Shown: in pieces, positions 37,577 through 50,800 of the stretch | Numbering within the stretch: the first letter of the stretch is position 1 | Layout: each line of letters opens with the position of its first letter | Source: Seison nebaliae | Taxonomy: Eukaryota | Direction: 5' to 3' | DNA length: 58,889 bases | Assembly (NCBI GenBank): GCA_023231475.1 | Contig: JALJEE010001494.1 | Location: 62,001-120,889, forward strand | Notes under the pieces: model-generated | Databases searched by the model: none | Told to the model about the DNA's origin: nothing | Seen by the model: only the letters and a program-made list of their open reading frames with translations | Translations under genes and position numbers: made by a program

Positions 37577-40248
37577 ATGAACAATCAATCAACAGTTGTG
37601 AATGGTTATTCTTCTTCCTCTAATTTTTCTTCCTTCTCTTATCTTAATATAAGACATTTTATTTGCATTATCTTAACTTATGTTGTTTTGTGACGTGTCT
37701 TCTCGAAAGACATATGGACAGTTTAATAGTAATTAATAGAAATTCAGGGATAGTTATTTTTAAAAGAGTCAAACTAGTTTTCCTTTTCGGTTTCTCTAAG
37801 ACATTCATTGAGATTTGAATGGAAGAGAATATTTTCGAAATGATTAAGAAGATTTTTATGAAACGGAAATTTTAATGATTTAAATTATTAGATGCCAATG
37901 AACCAGAGACTGATAAAGAGATGATAAATGAGATAAATGATAATGAGAATAATATGAGTAATAATCATCTTGTTGTTGAGACGAATGATAAGGTTGATGA
38001 TGTGGTAAACGAAAATATGGTGAGTGACACCGTCGACACTAACGACAATATGGAAGACGGTTACGTAGATAAGTCCTCATCACTCCAATTGGACAATGTG
38101 ATCGATTTGGGCGTTCATGGAGATGATGGTAATTCGTTAAGCAGAAACGATCCAACCGACGAGAAGAATGGAAATGAAGATTTACTCATTGGCAATCATG
38201 AACATGGAGAGAACTTCGAACAAGAACAAATCGATGTGGAATTGACAGAAGCGACTGGTCAATCGGATTTAGAAAAAACAGAAGTGACTGGAGGAAAAGG
38301 AGAAACCATCGAATTGGGACAAAGCACAGACAATAATTTCGGTATGGAAAATGATATCGGTAACGACGATAAACGAACGAATGGAGATGAATTGAATGTC
38401 ACTCTCAATCAATCGTTCAATGGAAACGGAGAAGATGGATCGAATAAATTGGAATTGTTAGAGAATGAAGATGAGAAAATGCTTCATCAAGATAAAACGG
38501 CAACTGAGAATAAAAGTGGAGAACATGGCACCAAATTAGAATTAGAAACTAAAAGGTTTGTCTGTCATAAACTAATTGTTTATCTTTCTCTTTCTTCTCC
38601 TCTCGCAAACATTATTGTCGTTGTTGTTGTTGTTTATATTAAATTTCCATTTAAATATCGATTGGATGATGGAGAGGTGGCAAGAGACAGTATTGGAAGG
38701 AGAATCAAATTTTACAATTCCTATCCGATATATATATATATATTTATGATATCGAATATTTTTTATGCTTTGTTCAAAGCGGAATGGAAGAAAAATGACG
38801 GAAATAGATATAGAATTGATGATAAATTGAGTGATGATGTTGGGAGAATTATAGTGCGAAGAAGAAAATTTAATAGACTTTTTTTTCCACAAGTGAAAGA
38901 GAATGAATTATATTTGATATCTTTTCTCTCATCTATTATATTCTACTTTTTAGTGAGTCAAAGAAATTTGAATTATTCCTTAACAATTTCAACATCTCTG
39001 AAGATAAATGTTAATTTCACATTTATTCGACATTTATAAATTCATCTTTAAATCATCATCTATATAGTGAATAATTGTTTATGGATTGCCAATTTGAATG
39101 ATCAATCATTTCCATCGGAAGTGAAATGTCTAACATCGAAATATGGAAAGGTTAAAACGGTCCGAATTGTGGTGAAGAAACAAGGAGAGAAGAGACGATT
39201 CTATTCATTAGTAGAATTGTCAAATGAGGATGATGAGGCGCAGGACGTCAAACAATTTCAAACACAATTAGATCGGAAAACATGTACCGGAACACAAATT
39301 TATACATCTTTGTTACAAAGTGGGAAATTGCCGGACGGATTGAATTCTCTCAAATCGGAAGAATTGACAAATCTCATTCAATTCAACAATGATGATGATA
39401 TGAAGAAATGGGTATCATCTCAACCGATCAGTTCCATTTCTTTTCATTATCATCAATTTTCTTTTTAGAAACCAAACATGAAGTCTCTGCTGAATCGAAA
39501 ACAGCGAAAGAGATAACCGCTCTCCATCGAGAAATTAATGAATTACGACGTCAATTGAATCGATATCGACAAGGTGAGGAATCGTTGCGAGCAAAAGAAA
39601 GAAGAATGACAGGCGAATTGAGGAATTTAGATCGAACAAATCGAGATTTGAAAATGGATTTACATCGATTGAGAAATGATCGTCGATTGGAACGAAATCG
39701 ATTCGATCGAGAAAAAGAGGAATTGTTACGAGAGAAGAAAGATAATGCCACTAAAATTAAAGATAATGAATATGAAAAGAAGGTGTTAATGGATGCAGCG
39801 AAAGATGAGTTGAAAAAACGGAATGAATACATGGAAATTATTTTGTCATTGGAAAACCGTTTAACGGAATTAGATGATCGACGAAATCATCGAACAGAAC
39901 AACCGAAAATGAATCAAACAAATTATCATAATCGGACGACTAATAATTCATCATCCTCCTCATATGTGTCTCATCATCCATTGCCACATAATGTTGATAA
40001 TGTTTCGAATCGGTTAGGTGGTGACCAACGAAACCCATCTGATTATCTTCCCAATTCTCATAATTCAACCGTCCAATTATCATCAACAGCATATAAGAGA
40101 GGTTATCAATCAGAACGTCATACTCAGAATGACAAGAGATCAAGACATGATCATATTAGAGAAAGTGGAGTTAATCCACGACAATCATACAATTCTTCAT
40201 CTCATGGAAGTAATCATCGTTCTGCTAATTCCTCTTCCAATAACATGA

Positions 40249-40279
<31 letters not shown>

Positions 40280-40574
40280 TACGATGATGAATAATAATTC
40301 ATATCAATCACATTCTAGACATAATTATGAATTGATGGGCGGAGGACATTTACAAGCCAATTATCCACCACCTGTCTCAACTAACAATCAATACTCATCT
40401 AGGAATAACTCATCTTATCGTAATGATAATGAAAATAATGAATATTGGAGGAACAGCAGTTGTGCCAACAACAACTCTACAAATTCGAATGTGAATGCTA
40501 ATACCAATTATCAGCCAAATAATACTTCAGCCAGTTCGTGTATTCATCGAAAGACTCCCAGTAGACGATTCTAA
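37577..40574 (+). CDS. SAFB/SLTM-like RRM protein
   Basis: Acidic N-terminal exon (37892-~38555); RRM exon 39068-39430 (LWIANL...SKYGKV...V); 38-nt intron; last exon 39469-40574 with an R/E coiled coil and N/S/R-rich tail. The first exon (37577-37604) and the 38556-39067 junction are uncertain. No SAP domain seen. Confidence 0.6.
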
Positions 40575-41276
40575 TAATTTAGAAAATTAAGGTCGAATTC
40601 ACAACATTAAAAAAAAACTAAAAACTTTTAGCGAGTAATTCGTTTTATTCGTAAAATTTCTTCTAATTAAATTCAACTTTAAAAAAGAAAGAATTCATTT
40701 CATTTTCTCTTATTAACCAGCAACTATTCTTCGTACCATTTATTCAACAACTTTTGTTGATCACACAAATTTGCTCATTTGTTCCTTGTATACAAAATGT
40801 CATCTTTCCAACTCTTGTTCTATTAATCGCCTTTCTCCAATGTTGATTTCATTAACCTAAAAAAAAACCTTTGTCTTTTTACAAATAAACATGGTTTCTT
40901 TTCCTTATTTCCTCTTTTCTCACTAACTGATGAAATTTAAAAGGAAATTCTCTAACAATCTGAATCCATCATAATCGGTAAAGAAACTCTGGATAGAAAC
41001 ATATGTTACACCTACTAGTTACTTGTTTGAATAATTAATACCTAAAATATAGTTGCAGAATCTTTTTATGTAAATAGTAAAAAAAGGAAATTTTGTGAAG
41101 AAATCTGATCGATTTTTTACATAAAAAAAAACTCGAAAAAAATTTAATAAATTCGAAAAATTGATAAAGAAAAATAATGAAAAAATAATTGGATTTATAG
41201 AGTTCAATTGGAGAATTATTGAAATAGAAAAGGATATAAAAAATGTTTTATTTAGTACAATGGTCAATATTGAATA

Positions 41277-41669
41277 TTAATAATAGAAGACACCAAAAAC
41301 AACGGCTGCACAGATCAATGTGTCGCTCATGTAAACGGCGTGCGCATAATTATCTGTGTCGTTATCCCAGAAACATCTCGCATTCATATTAACACCAGCT
41401 CCACGTCTTTCCGCAATGCAACATTGTGTGATGAACTTATATCGAGGCATATCAGCTTCTGTCATTCGTTTCTGAATTTCTTGATTTAATTCATCACACC
41501 ATTTACCTACTTCGTCCGGACTATATTGCTTCGGTCTTAAATAATTTGAGAGAACTTCATCCAAAATATCTTCAACGTCTTTGCTCTTAAACTTCTTATC
41601 ATATTGTGGTCGTAATAGATAGCTTCGGGAACTCTTGTCATCTTTATTCTTCATTTTTGTATCAGCCAT
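41277..41669 (-). CDS. TCTEX1D2: Tctex1 domain-containing dynein light chain
   Basis: Single exon; SYLLRP, RYKFITQ, GAGVNMNARCFWDNDTDNYA, AVVFGVFYY. Confidence 0.9.
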   Translation of the reverse strand: MADTKMKNKDDKSSRSYLLRPQYDKKFKSKDVEDILDEVLSNYLRPKQYSPDEVGKWCDELNQEIQKRMTEADMPRYKFITQCCIAERRGAGVNMNARCFWDNDTDNYAHAVYMSDTLICAAVVFGVFYY

Positions 41670-41757
41670 TTCAGTTGAACGGAACCAAATTATTAGTTTA
41701 ATCAGTTCTTTTAACCTTTCAGTTGGAATGATGAACTATCTAATTGTATTTTTCTTT

Positions 41758-41771
41758 GTTACTATGGTAAC
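41758..41771. promoter_or_regulatory. X-box (RFX-binding site)
   Basis: GTTACTATGGTAAC, 89 bp upstream of the TCTEX1D2 ATG. Confidence 0.8.
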
Positions 41772-42947
41772 ACAGAGAAAGTTCAACAAGATTTATTGTT
41801 CTCTCTAAAATTAATGTGAAAATAAATTGAAATCTTTAACTTCATAATTTTGAGCTTATACAATTTCCAAAAGTTTAATTAACATTTCTTTGTAATTTTT
41901 TCCTACAGAAAAACATAATTCTTATATGAGAATTATATATATTTATATATATATATTATATATGAGAATTATTATAAATATGTGAAAAATTATGCTGATT
42001 AAGATATGATTTTTATTCCTTGCTAGATAGTTAAATTAGTGTCGAAATTGGTGCGACAATCATAAGTTACAAATCAAGGGTATATATACGATTTTTTTAT
42101 ACAAAAATAATAGTAAACCGAAACTTATACAAAAAAGATCATCATTATTGCATTGATTTGTAATTTATGATTTTTCCACTGTGCTAAAAAAAAAATTTCT
42201 TTTGTGATGCTCATATCATATACTCAATCCGAAATTTTTTTCCCATTTTAATTACTTTGTATTTATTGGATTGAAGTACTTTTTCTTCGTTGGATGATGC
42301 TTTACAATGTAACGTCAATATAAGGTTTACCCAAAGGACGTGGAACTTCCGAAAAAACTTATTTCAGATAACATGTGTTGTAAATTATTTATCTTTGTCT
42401 AATTTTAGTTACTCTGAAAACTAACAAAGTGAAGCTTTTATTCCTCTTGTAAGGAAATTTTTCTTCATAATAAAAAGAAAAAATTTTTATCTAAAATTTT
42501 ATAAAACATAATTTCAATATGAATTCGCATATTCGTCTATTGAGAATGTGAATTTCCTAATAACGATATTCGTATTTGGACGCCTTAGGTCTCAAACAAT
42601 AATTCATTTCTAATAATCCTCTAGTCAGTTTGATGTGAGAACACTTAAATAAATTACATAAACGAATGAAGCTCAAGATTTCGAAGTGAAATATATACTT
42701 TCACAATTCAGAAATGAAAGGAGAGGGAACGGATAAGGAACATTCAAAAAGGAAATATTCTTTTACAATCGCGCCATATGTCATGCGTATATCTTTTCTG
42801 GTATCTTCTTTCTCCGTAAACGACTGGTAAGTCGAATGACATGTCCCTGAATAAACTTTCTATAAATTTATAAAGAAAAATTGCTATAATTCACTTTTGA
42901 GTAAATAGATTAATTTTTTCATTTTAACTAACTTGTAGGAATTGATT

Positions 42948-44246
42948 ATGGCTGGAGATAAAGCATCGTACAAAGTGGCCGATATATCATTGGCGAAATG
43001 GGGACGTCACGTTATCGAGATCAACGAAAATGAGATGCCTGGTTTGATGATGATGAGGAAGAAGTATGGTGAATCGAAACCGTTGAAAGGTTGTCGAATT
43101 GCTGGTTGTCTTCATATGACAATTCAGACAGCAGTTCTAATTGAAACGTTGACGGAATTAGGCGCCGATGTCCAATGGAGTAGTTGCAACATATTTTCTA
43201 CACAAGATCATGCTGCGGCTGCTATTGCGGCAACAGGTGTACCTGTCTATGCTTGGAAAGGTGAGACTGAAGAAGAATATTTGTGGTGTATCGAACAGAC
43301 TTTAGTATTCAAAGATGGACAACCGTTGAACATGATTTTGGATGATGGAGGAGATTTGACCAATTTAGTCCACACTAAATATCCCAAATATTTAGAAGGA
43401 ATTAAAGGATTATCGGAAGAAACGACAACCGGCGTCCATAATCTCCAACGAATGGTAAATGAGAAGAAATTGAAAGTTCCTGCAATTAATGTCAACGACA
43501 GTGTCACCAAATCGAAATTCGATAATCTTTACGGATGTCGAGAATCGTTGGTTGATGGAATTAAGCGAGCAACTGATGTCATGTTAGCTGGTCGATTATG
43601 TGTGGTAGCCGGTTATGGAGATGTGGGGAAAGGAAGTGCACGTGCTCTGCGCGCATTCGGTGCACGGGTCATGGTAACAGAAATTGATCCCATCAACGCT
43701 TTACAAGCCGCCATGGAAGGATATGAAGTGGTCACAATGGAAGAAGCAGCATCGAAAGCTCAAGTATTTGTTACAACGACCGGTTGTTGTGATATCATAA
43801 ATGGAAAACATTTCGAAGTGATGCCAGATGATGCCATCGTTTGTAACATCGGTCATTTCGATAATGAAATTGATGTGAAATGGCTCAATGACAATTGTGG
43901 AGAAAAGAAGAATATCAAACCACAAGTCGATCGATATACAATGAAGAACGGAAAACATATCATTCTATTGGCAGAAGGTCGATTAGTTAATCTTGGTTGT
44001 GCCATGGGACATCCATCCTTCGTCATGAGCAATTCATTCACCAATCAAGTATTAGCTCAAATTGATTTGTGGGAGAATAAATATGAAATCGGATTATATC
44101 GATTATCGAAGAAATTAGATGAAGAAGTGGCAGCAGCACATCTCGAACATCTTGGTGTGAAATTAACAAAATTGACGAAAGAACAAGCCGAATACATCGG
44201 TGTCCCACAAGATGGTCCATATAAACCGGAACATTATCGATATTAA
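42948..44246 (+). CDS. AHCY: S-adenosylhomocysteine hydrolase
   Basis: Highly conserved motifs [60 protein letters not shown]. Intronless CDS. Likely 5'UTR intron 42827-42938 (GTAAGT...ACTAAC...TAG). Confidence 0.97.
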   Translation: MAGDKASYKVADISLAKWGRHVIEINENEMPGLMMMRKKYGESKPLKGCRIAGCLHMTIQTAVLIETLTELGADVQWSSCNIFSTQDHAAAAIAATGVPVYAWKGETEEEYLWCIEQTLVFKDGQPLNMILDDGGDLTNLVHTKYPKYLEGIKGLSEETTTGVHNLQRMVNEKKLKVPAINVNDSVTKSKFDNLYGCRESLVDGIKRATDVMLAGRLCVVAGYGDVGKGSARALRAFGARVMVTEIDPINALQAAMEGYEVVTMEEAASKAQVFVTTTGCCDIINGKHFEVMPDDAIVCNIGHFDNEIDVKWLNDNCGEKKNIKPQVDRYTMKNGKHIILLAEGRLVNLGCAMGHPSFVMSNSFTNQVLAQIDLWENKYEIGLYRLSKKLDEEVAAAHLEHLGVKLTKLTKEQAEYIGVPQDGPYKPEHYRY

Positions 44247-44275
44247 GCTTATCCAACACCAATTAATAATAGAGA

Positions 44276-46045
44276 TCATTTTTTTAATTTTTTATTTAAA
44301 TTAAATGAAATTTTTTCTTTTCCCAGAAACGGTTTCAGTTTAGCCGGAATTCGAAAACATCGATTTTTCTAATAAAGTAATAAATTTTACTCAATATTTT
44401 TTTCGACACTAACCCAATCCAATTGTTGATAAAGAAGTGATAAAATGGTCCTTGTCGTTGCGAGTCCCGTTCCATTTATCTTTAAAAGATTTCATAAAAG
44501 ACTACATTGAAAAATGAAAAGGAAAATAAAATAGAGAACTGTATGAGCGAATCGAACATCGTCACGAAAATAGAGTGCCGGTTTCTTCCTGTCATTGATA
44601 GAATCGGTGGAAGAATTGAATATCATATGATCTGTGAGTGGTCCCGGTTCGAAAATTCGATTAAAAAGTTGAACTAATTCAAAATTATCCGTCTCTCGAA
44701 TATGTAATCGTCTTGATTGATAATCGAGACAGTTCGATGCCGATGTTAATTCTCCCCATTCCATTCCATTATTGATGGTTGGAATTGGTGCTTCTATATC
44801 ATATTTAATGGAAGCGACACGACCAATGTCATCGATAGCCATCCGAATTAATTTAGTTGGAATTTCCAAATAGTCGGAGAGAAGTTTCTTTTGAATATTC
44901 ACAATATCTCCCAATTCTTCATCGGATTGTCGATGTGTTGTCACACAAAACATTTCCACTTTCTCAAATTCATGTACTCGATATAATGGGACGGTTTTTG
45001 TCATTCGGTTACTCGTTTCCGCACGATAACATCGACTAATTGCACATACACGACTCGGTAACGAAGTTTCTCTTTCACATGAACTTCGACTTGTTTCCTC
45101 CAATTGATTATTAAAGAATAATCGTCGGGAATGTAGGGCGGCTAAGGCGATTTCTGCAGTTCCACTTAAACATAACGGACCATGTTCTAAATAGTCTAAA
45201 CGATAAATGGATGAATTCTGATTTGGATCCATGATATCAGTAACAAAACCACATCCCTCCACAAATATCGAATGAATCAAATTTGGAACTGATACTAATC
45301 GGAAAGAATATTCTTCAATGAGTCGATTGAGAACGAAACGAATTAATGCTTCCTTCAATTCACACAACTCTCCAATCATTATATATGATCCATTTGTTGA
45401 GTATTTGTTTATATTCTCCAATCTCAACATTCCAGATCTAATCAATATATCGATGATTGGCAATTCCCCACTAGATTTCTCTCTAATTTTCGGTCCGTTA
45501 TATTCGATTATTTCATTCTCATCTTTCGGCTAATTATGTAAGAAAATCATAAAAAAACATCTAAAAAAAAAAGTGAACTAACAACTAATGGATCGATATC
45601 ATTCGGAATTTGACAAGCTAATTGTAATAATTGACGGAGTTTTATTGCGAAAATATCTTCTAATGTCTCACTCGTTTTCAAACGATTCGATCTCGATTTC
45701 AAATACATTCCAACAATATCTTCAAAAATTTGATACTGAAAAATATGATGATTCCAATGAATGAGAAATGGAATGGGAAACTATCGATGAGATCTTCACC
45801 GAATCATTCTCACAACGTAATTTTATCAATTTTTCGTAATATTCTCTCTTATTCGGATCGAGAATACTTCTCCATTCCAGAAATGGAGCACGAAATGCTG
45901 GTGCTGTACCTGACTGCCGCAAATTGGCACAGCCAATTTCAAGAATTCGTTGAATGACCGTCTCTTTTACATTTCCTTCCAACGGTTGATTCGTACAATT
46001 GGATAATGTTCTTGTGAAAATTGATGAAACTGTTCTCTTCAACAT
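44276..46045 (-). CDS. SARS2: Mitochondrial seryl-tRNA synthetase, 5 exons
   Basis: Exons 46045-45782, 45735-45583, 45529-44540, 44479-44414, 44368-44276. Basic presequence; QIPN, LSGTAE, RCYRAE, LYRVHEFEKVEMF, GELTSASNCLDYQSRRL, HT|INGT, IPAKLKPFLG. Confidence 0.88.
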
Positions 46046-46826
46046 CTTCCTTTCTTCTCGAATTATAATCAACTCAAAACAGATTGGAATTTAGTTAATT
46101 CAGTTAATATCATGAAAAGTATTTGAAGAAAATTATTCATCAAATATTTGACTAAATTATCAGCTAATGATTCAAACGAATATTTTTCATTTTGCCATTT
46201 CTACCATTCTAAATCAGTCCCTTAAAATATTAAAGGCCAAAATGGAACACTCTCCAAAACAAAATCTGAAATATTTAAAAAGAAGCTGTTCGTTACAAAC
46301 TTACTGTTAATTCTACTGGAAATCTTATCGGTGTTGAAAAAAATTAACAATTTCTTTGAGAGACGTTGAAAATAAGAAATTTTCCTGATGATAATTATTC
46401 GCTGATCGCTAAAAGAAAAAAATTTAAAAGTACCCCATTAATTATTGATCAAATGAAAGATTTTTTTAATTTTAATTAAAAATTTTTTATACGAATATTT
46501 TCCGTCACCATATCAGTCAATAATAACTTTGGAAGGGAGAAGAATTGAGATAGAATGACGCTAATCGTTGTATCTAACGGTCGTTGAATTTCAGCTAAAA
46601 TTTTTAAACGAGAAAAATTCGATTATTTTGTTAGTTGGTGAGAGTATGTTTGGAGTGCATATGAATATATGATGACCGTCTTATCTCAAATTAGTCGTCT
46701 CCCACATAATTTTTCTTTCATTAATTTCGATTTGGATCCGAAAGTTTTTCCGATTTTAAATAGACAATTCGTTTTATGTTCTACTACTAATTTGATTTAG
46801 AAAGGGAATTTTAATTTTGAACTGAA

Positions 46827-47855
46827 ATGAATCGAGTGGACGAGGAAGCGATTCCGTTGATAGAGCGATGGCGAATTTATCCTTCGAAGAATAAGTTTTA
46901 TTGTAATGCTCGTTTAGTAACGGGAAATGCACTTTGTTTCTTACTTATCAGTATCTTTCTATTTTTTCTTGGAACTGGTTGTGTTATTTATGATTCGTTA
47001 TCATATCCGTTTATATGGGAGTTTGTCATTCTAAGCACTTCACTCTTGTTACTCATCTTAAATCTAACGACATTATTACTAGCAAGTTGTAGCGATCCTG
47101 GAATTGTACCACGATCATCGGTCGATGAAGTGCGGAGTTTGTTAGAAGAGAATCATTTATATTATAATCGGAACGATCGTCGATTAGTTGGAGAAATACC
47201 AGAATTAATGAAACGGACACGAAACGGAATTCAATATCGAGCGAAGTTCTGTGACACGTGTCTAATTTTCCGTCGATTTCGAACGAGTCATTGTCGACTG
47301 TGTAATAATTGTGTGGAGAAATTCGATCATCATTGTCCATGGATAAATAATTGTGTGGGTCAAAGGAATTTGAAATCATTCTACTTCTTACTATTATTCA
47401 TTTGTTGTAAATGTGTATTCACTTTTATTGTTTCGATAACGACCATAGCCAAACGATTCATTGCAATGACGAGGAAGGAGAAAGGATCATCTACCCAATG
47501 GTTCTCCTTATCGATTCCATCGATCGTCGCAATAATTATCTCGTTTACATTCGGTCTACTCTCCTCCACCATGCTCTACAATTACACCGTTAATATTTGT
47601 AGTGATGTTACGGTTAATGAGAAGATTAAAGTGAAAAGAAACGCCGATGAAGTCGCTTGGATGCAGGAGCGAGATGTCGGTGGATGCCAGAATTATAAAA
47701 GAATCTTATGTACACAACAGACAAAACGATCAGTCAACTGGAGGAAATTCATTCCCGCCAACTACTACCGACGACATTTCGCGACTTTAATAACAGAATT
47801 TGGCAAGCCACAATCGGCACACTCCCAACTACCCATTCGACCAGCTCTACGTTAA
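46827..47855 (+). CDS. DHHC palmitoyltransferase (ZDHHC9/14/18, ERF2-like)
   Basis: SKNKFYCNAR, DPG, C..C...R..R.SHC..C..CVEKFDHHCPWINNCVG, four TM segments; intronless. Confidence 0.93.
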   Translation: MNRVDEEAIPLIERWRIYPSKNKFYCNARLVTGNALCFLLISIFLFFLGTGCVIYDSLSYPFIWEFVILSTSLLLLILNLTTLLLASCSDPGIVPRSSVDEVRSLLEENHLYYNRNDRRLVGEIPELMKRTRNGIQYRAKFCDTCLIFRRFRTSHCRLCNNCVEKFDHHCPWINNCVGQRNLKSFYFLLLFICCKCVFTFIVSITTIAKRFIAMTRKEKGSSTQWFSLSIPSIVAIIISFTFGLLSSTMLYNYTVNICSDVTVNEKIKVKRNADEVAWMQERDVGGCQNYKRILCTQQTKRSVNWRKFIPANYYRRHFATLITEFGKPQSAHSQLPIRPALR

Positions 47856-47875
47856 ATTCAGAATTTTTTCTTTCT

Positions 47876-50800
47876 CTACCGAAAAGTTAAATGAAACAAA
47901 CTTTCTAAAGAATTATAAATTTTCAAATGTTTCTCGATAATTTCTTTCTGTTCTTTCTCATTCATCACTTCGTCATATATACGTCGACCGTTCGCTTTGC
48001 CTTCCAGCCACAAATTCCTATAAATTTCCACCCACAAATCTCGTTCCTCATTTGGCGACCTGATGAAGCCTTTGAATCGTTCTTCCATCGCCTTCGGTTC
48101 CTCACAATAATATGAGGAAATTTCCTTCTTATCCGTCTCTCGTTCCTTGTCAGTCACTAGAAATGTTAGTGAAATTATTATCAATCAATGAAATTATTCG
48201 AATGAAATAGTAGTCGATAATTAGAGAGTATAAATAATAAGTCTTCGATTTCTGGTAGTTAGTCTCCTAATCTAATATACACGGAATCGGATTACCATAT
48301 CGTCGATATTATGTAAAGTAATGAGGGAGAAGTGATTAGAATGAATGAAGGGAGGTAACAGAAGAAATAGGCAATAAACAATTGAGAGATATGTCTCTCG
48401 TTTATGATGTATTAGGAAGGGAGTTATTGACTGTCTTTCTCCTAATTTTCTTTCTTATTATACTTTATTCAAAATATCATGTTTTTTTCAATGATATAAC
48501 TTCGAATAATGATTAGTTGATGATAATGTATTGGAGTATGTTATTCGGGAGATAATGTTATCACTCATCTTTCACTGCATGACGACAAAGAAGAGAATTG
48601 TTTGATTATGGGGAAGATGAACACTAACTCTGATGAGCATGACGGCATGCTTCGCACTCGAAAGCAGCGATGGAACCTGAAAATCTATTAGTTTCTCTTA
48701 TGAACAGAATATGGAAACTTGGTAGTATATTCTCATTATTCGTCTCATACTCTCGCAAGTTCATTGTGGAAATGAGTTTTTTATTTTCGATATTATATTT
48801 ATATCGTCGACGCTTCTCATACAACTGCTGGTTGTTCAATGTCTCATTAATCTCATTCACCAGATCGTCGATGTGTTCATGTCGATTGACAAAGATGACG
48901 GAATCATTAGTAGGTAGCCATTGTTGGACAGTTGGCGAACCGAAATAAATTGGTATCGTTCCAACATAAAATGATCTCCATAACTTTTCTGTTATGTAGT
49001 CATCGCATATGCCGTTCTCGAATGCTAAGACAAGTTTATATTGAGCGATGATTCGATGAAGATTGTCGTCGTTGTAAGTAGAGGCAGCATCTCGTAAGTT
49101 GGAAGGTAAAGAACGATTATTCAAACATTTCCCATAAGAGTCAATTTGGAAATAATTTGACAAATAACTTACTAATGTTTCTCGATCGGACGGGGGATTA
49201 CAAGCAGATTGTATGTAGATGATATCACCATAATTCTTTCTCTTCTGCAACAATTCCTTCTCGTGGAAACTTTTCATGAATCTCTTCTCTTGCACATAAT
49301 TAATTGATGGTAATGAATGCAAAGTTAGTGGAATATCTGATAAATTCTGTATCGTCGCACTCACATCGAATAGAGAGGAGAAATGAGACGATGAGAACAA
49401 TTCTTGATTTTTCGGTGATTCCTCATGATAGAGTGCCCACCATTTTCTTGGATGACTCAACGACGACCGCCACTTACTATATTTCCCATGTTTAATATTC
49501 GAGGGCCATTCTTTGGGAAAAGGCAATTCATTTGTCTCAGTTCCATAAAATAAGAATGTCTGTATATGAACAAGAGAATTAATTATTTATTTATTTATTC
49601 ATTATTATCATTTTTATATCTCTTTCACTAACTGATCGACTTTCTCAATCATTTGCCCACATTAGCTTGAGTATTTGATTCATTCCAAAAACAAATATCA
49701 CTAATTGTCGAAGGATGAGGCAATTTACGAGTGTTAACTATCCTCGCCCCTGAAAAACTAGGAGAATATGGTGCAATAGTTGAAGGAGAAAGAATCGGTT
49801 GTTACTTCACATACAAGAATGGATTTGTGGAAATTAACATGTTTCCTTTATCACTCGATTAAGTTGATATCTAATTTAAATAATTAATGATATATTAAAT
49901 ACACTTTTCCCTCTTGTCCCATTTCTCTTATCGCACTCTCATCACCAATGAAAATTACGTCGGCATGTGATTTGGCTAGTCTTGCTGATTGCTGATCAAT
50001 CCGCACAACATGAAAGACTCATTATCAGAAAGCAATATAATATAAATTAGTCACATTTCTCTTATCAATCCTCTTACAAACATCATCATCATCATCATCA
50101 TCCATTGACGAATGATGGTTTTTTTATTCACGCTTCTCTCATTCCGATTAATGACACAATTTTCATCGTATATATTGCATAAAACAGATGATGTAATAAT
50201 TAGTGCTGTTCATACGAACACGAACAAAAATGAACTGTTCTCGGATATAATTGTGAATCACAATGAATGTTCTCATTTCGTTCGCGAACGCTTTCTATAA
50301 AAATTTTATAAAAATTTTACAATTAAAATTGTCACTGTGTATACATATCATTTGATTCATTTTTAATTTTTTCTGGAACATTTTGTAAAATTTTTATAAA
50401 ATTTTTATAGAAAGCGTTCGAACGGCATTGATAAGAACAATATATTTCGTTCTCGTTCAACTGATTTTCAAAAACTAGACATCACAATTATATTCGAGAA
50501 CAGTCCATTTTTGTTCGTGTTCGTGTGAAGAGCACTAGTAATAATTTCATTATAAAATCAAAAACAAAACTTCAATGAATCTAATTATTCCACCAACAAT
50601 CACTGACATTATAACTAGTCAAATGTTTCGTGCAATGTCCATCTCATTACACAATTAAATATTCAAGCAAAAATCGATTATGTATTTACAATGAGGGAAT
50701 CACTGTGACAGAATGATTCGTCGAATATAATAAATTGGCGGATGGATAAACAGTTTCGATTTAAGCAGATTAGCAGAAAACCATCAGATTATTCCGCTAA

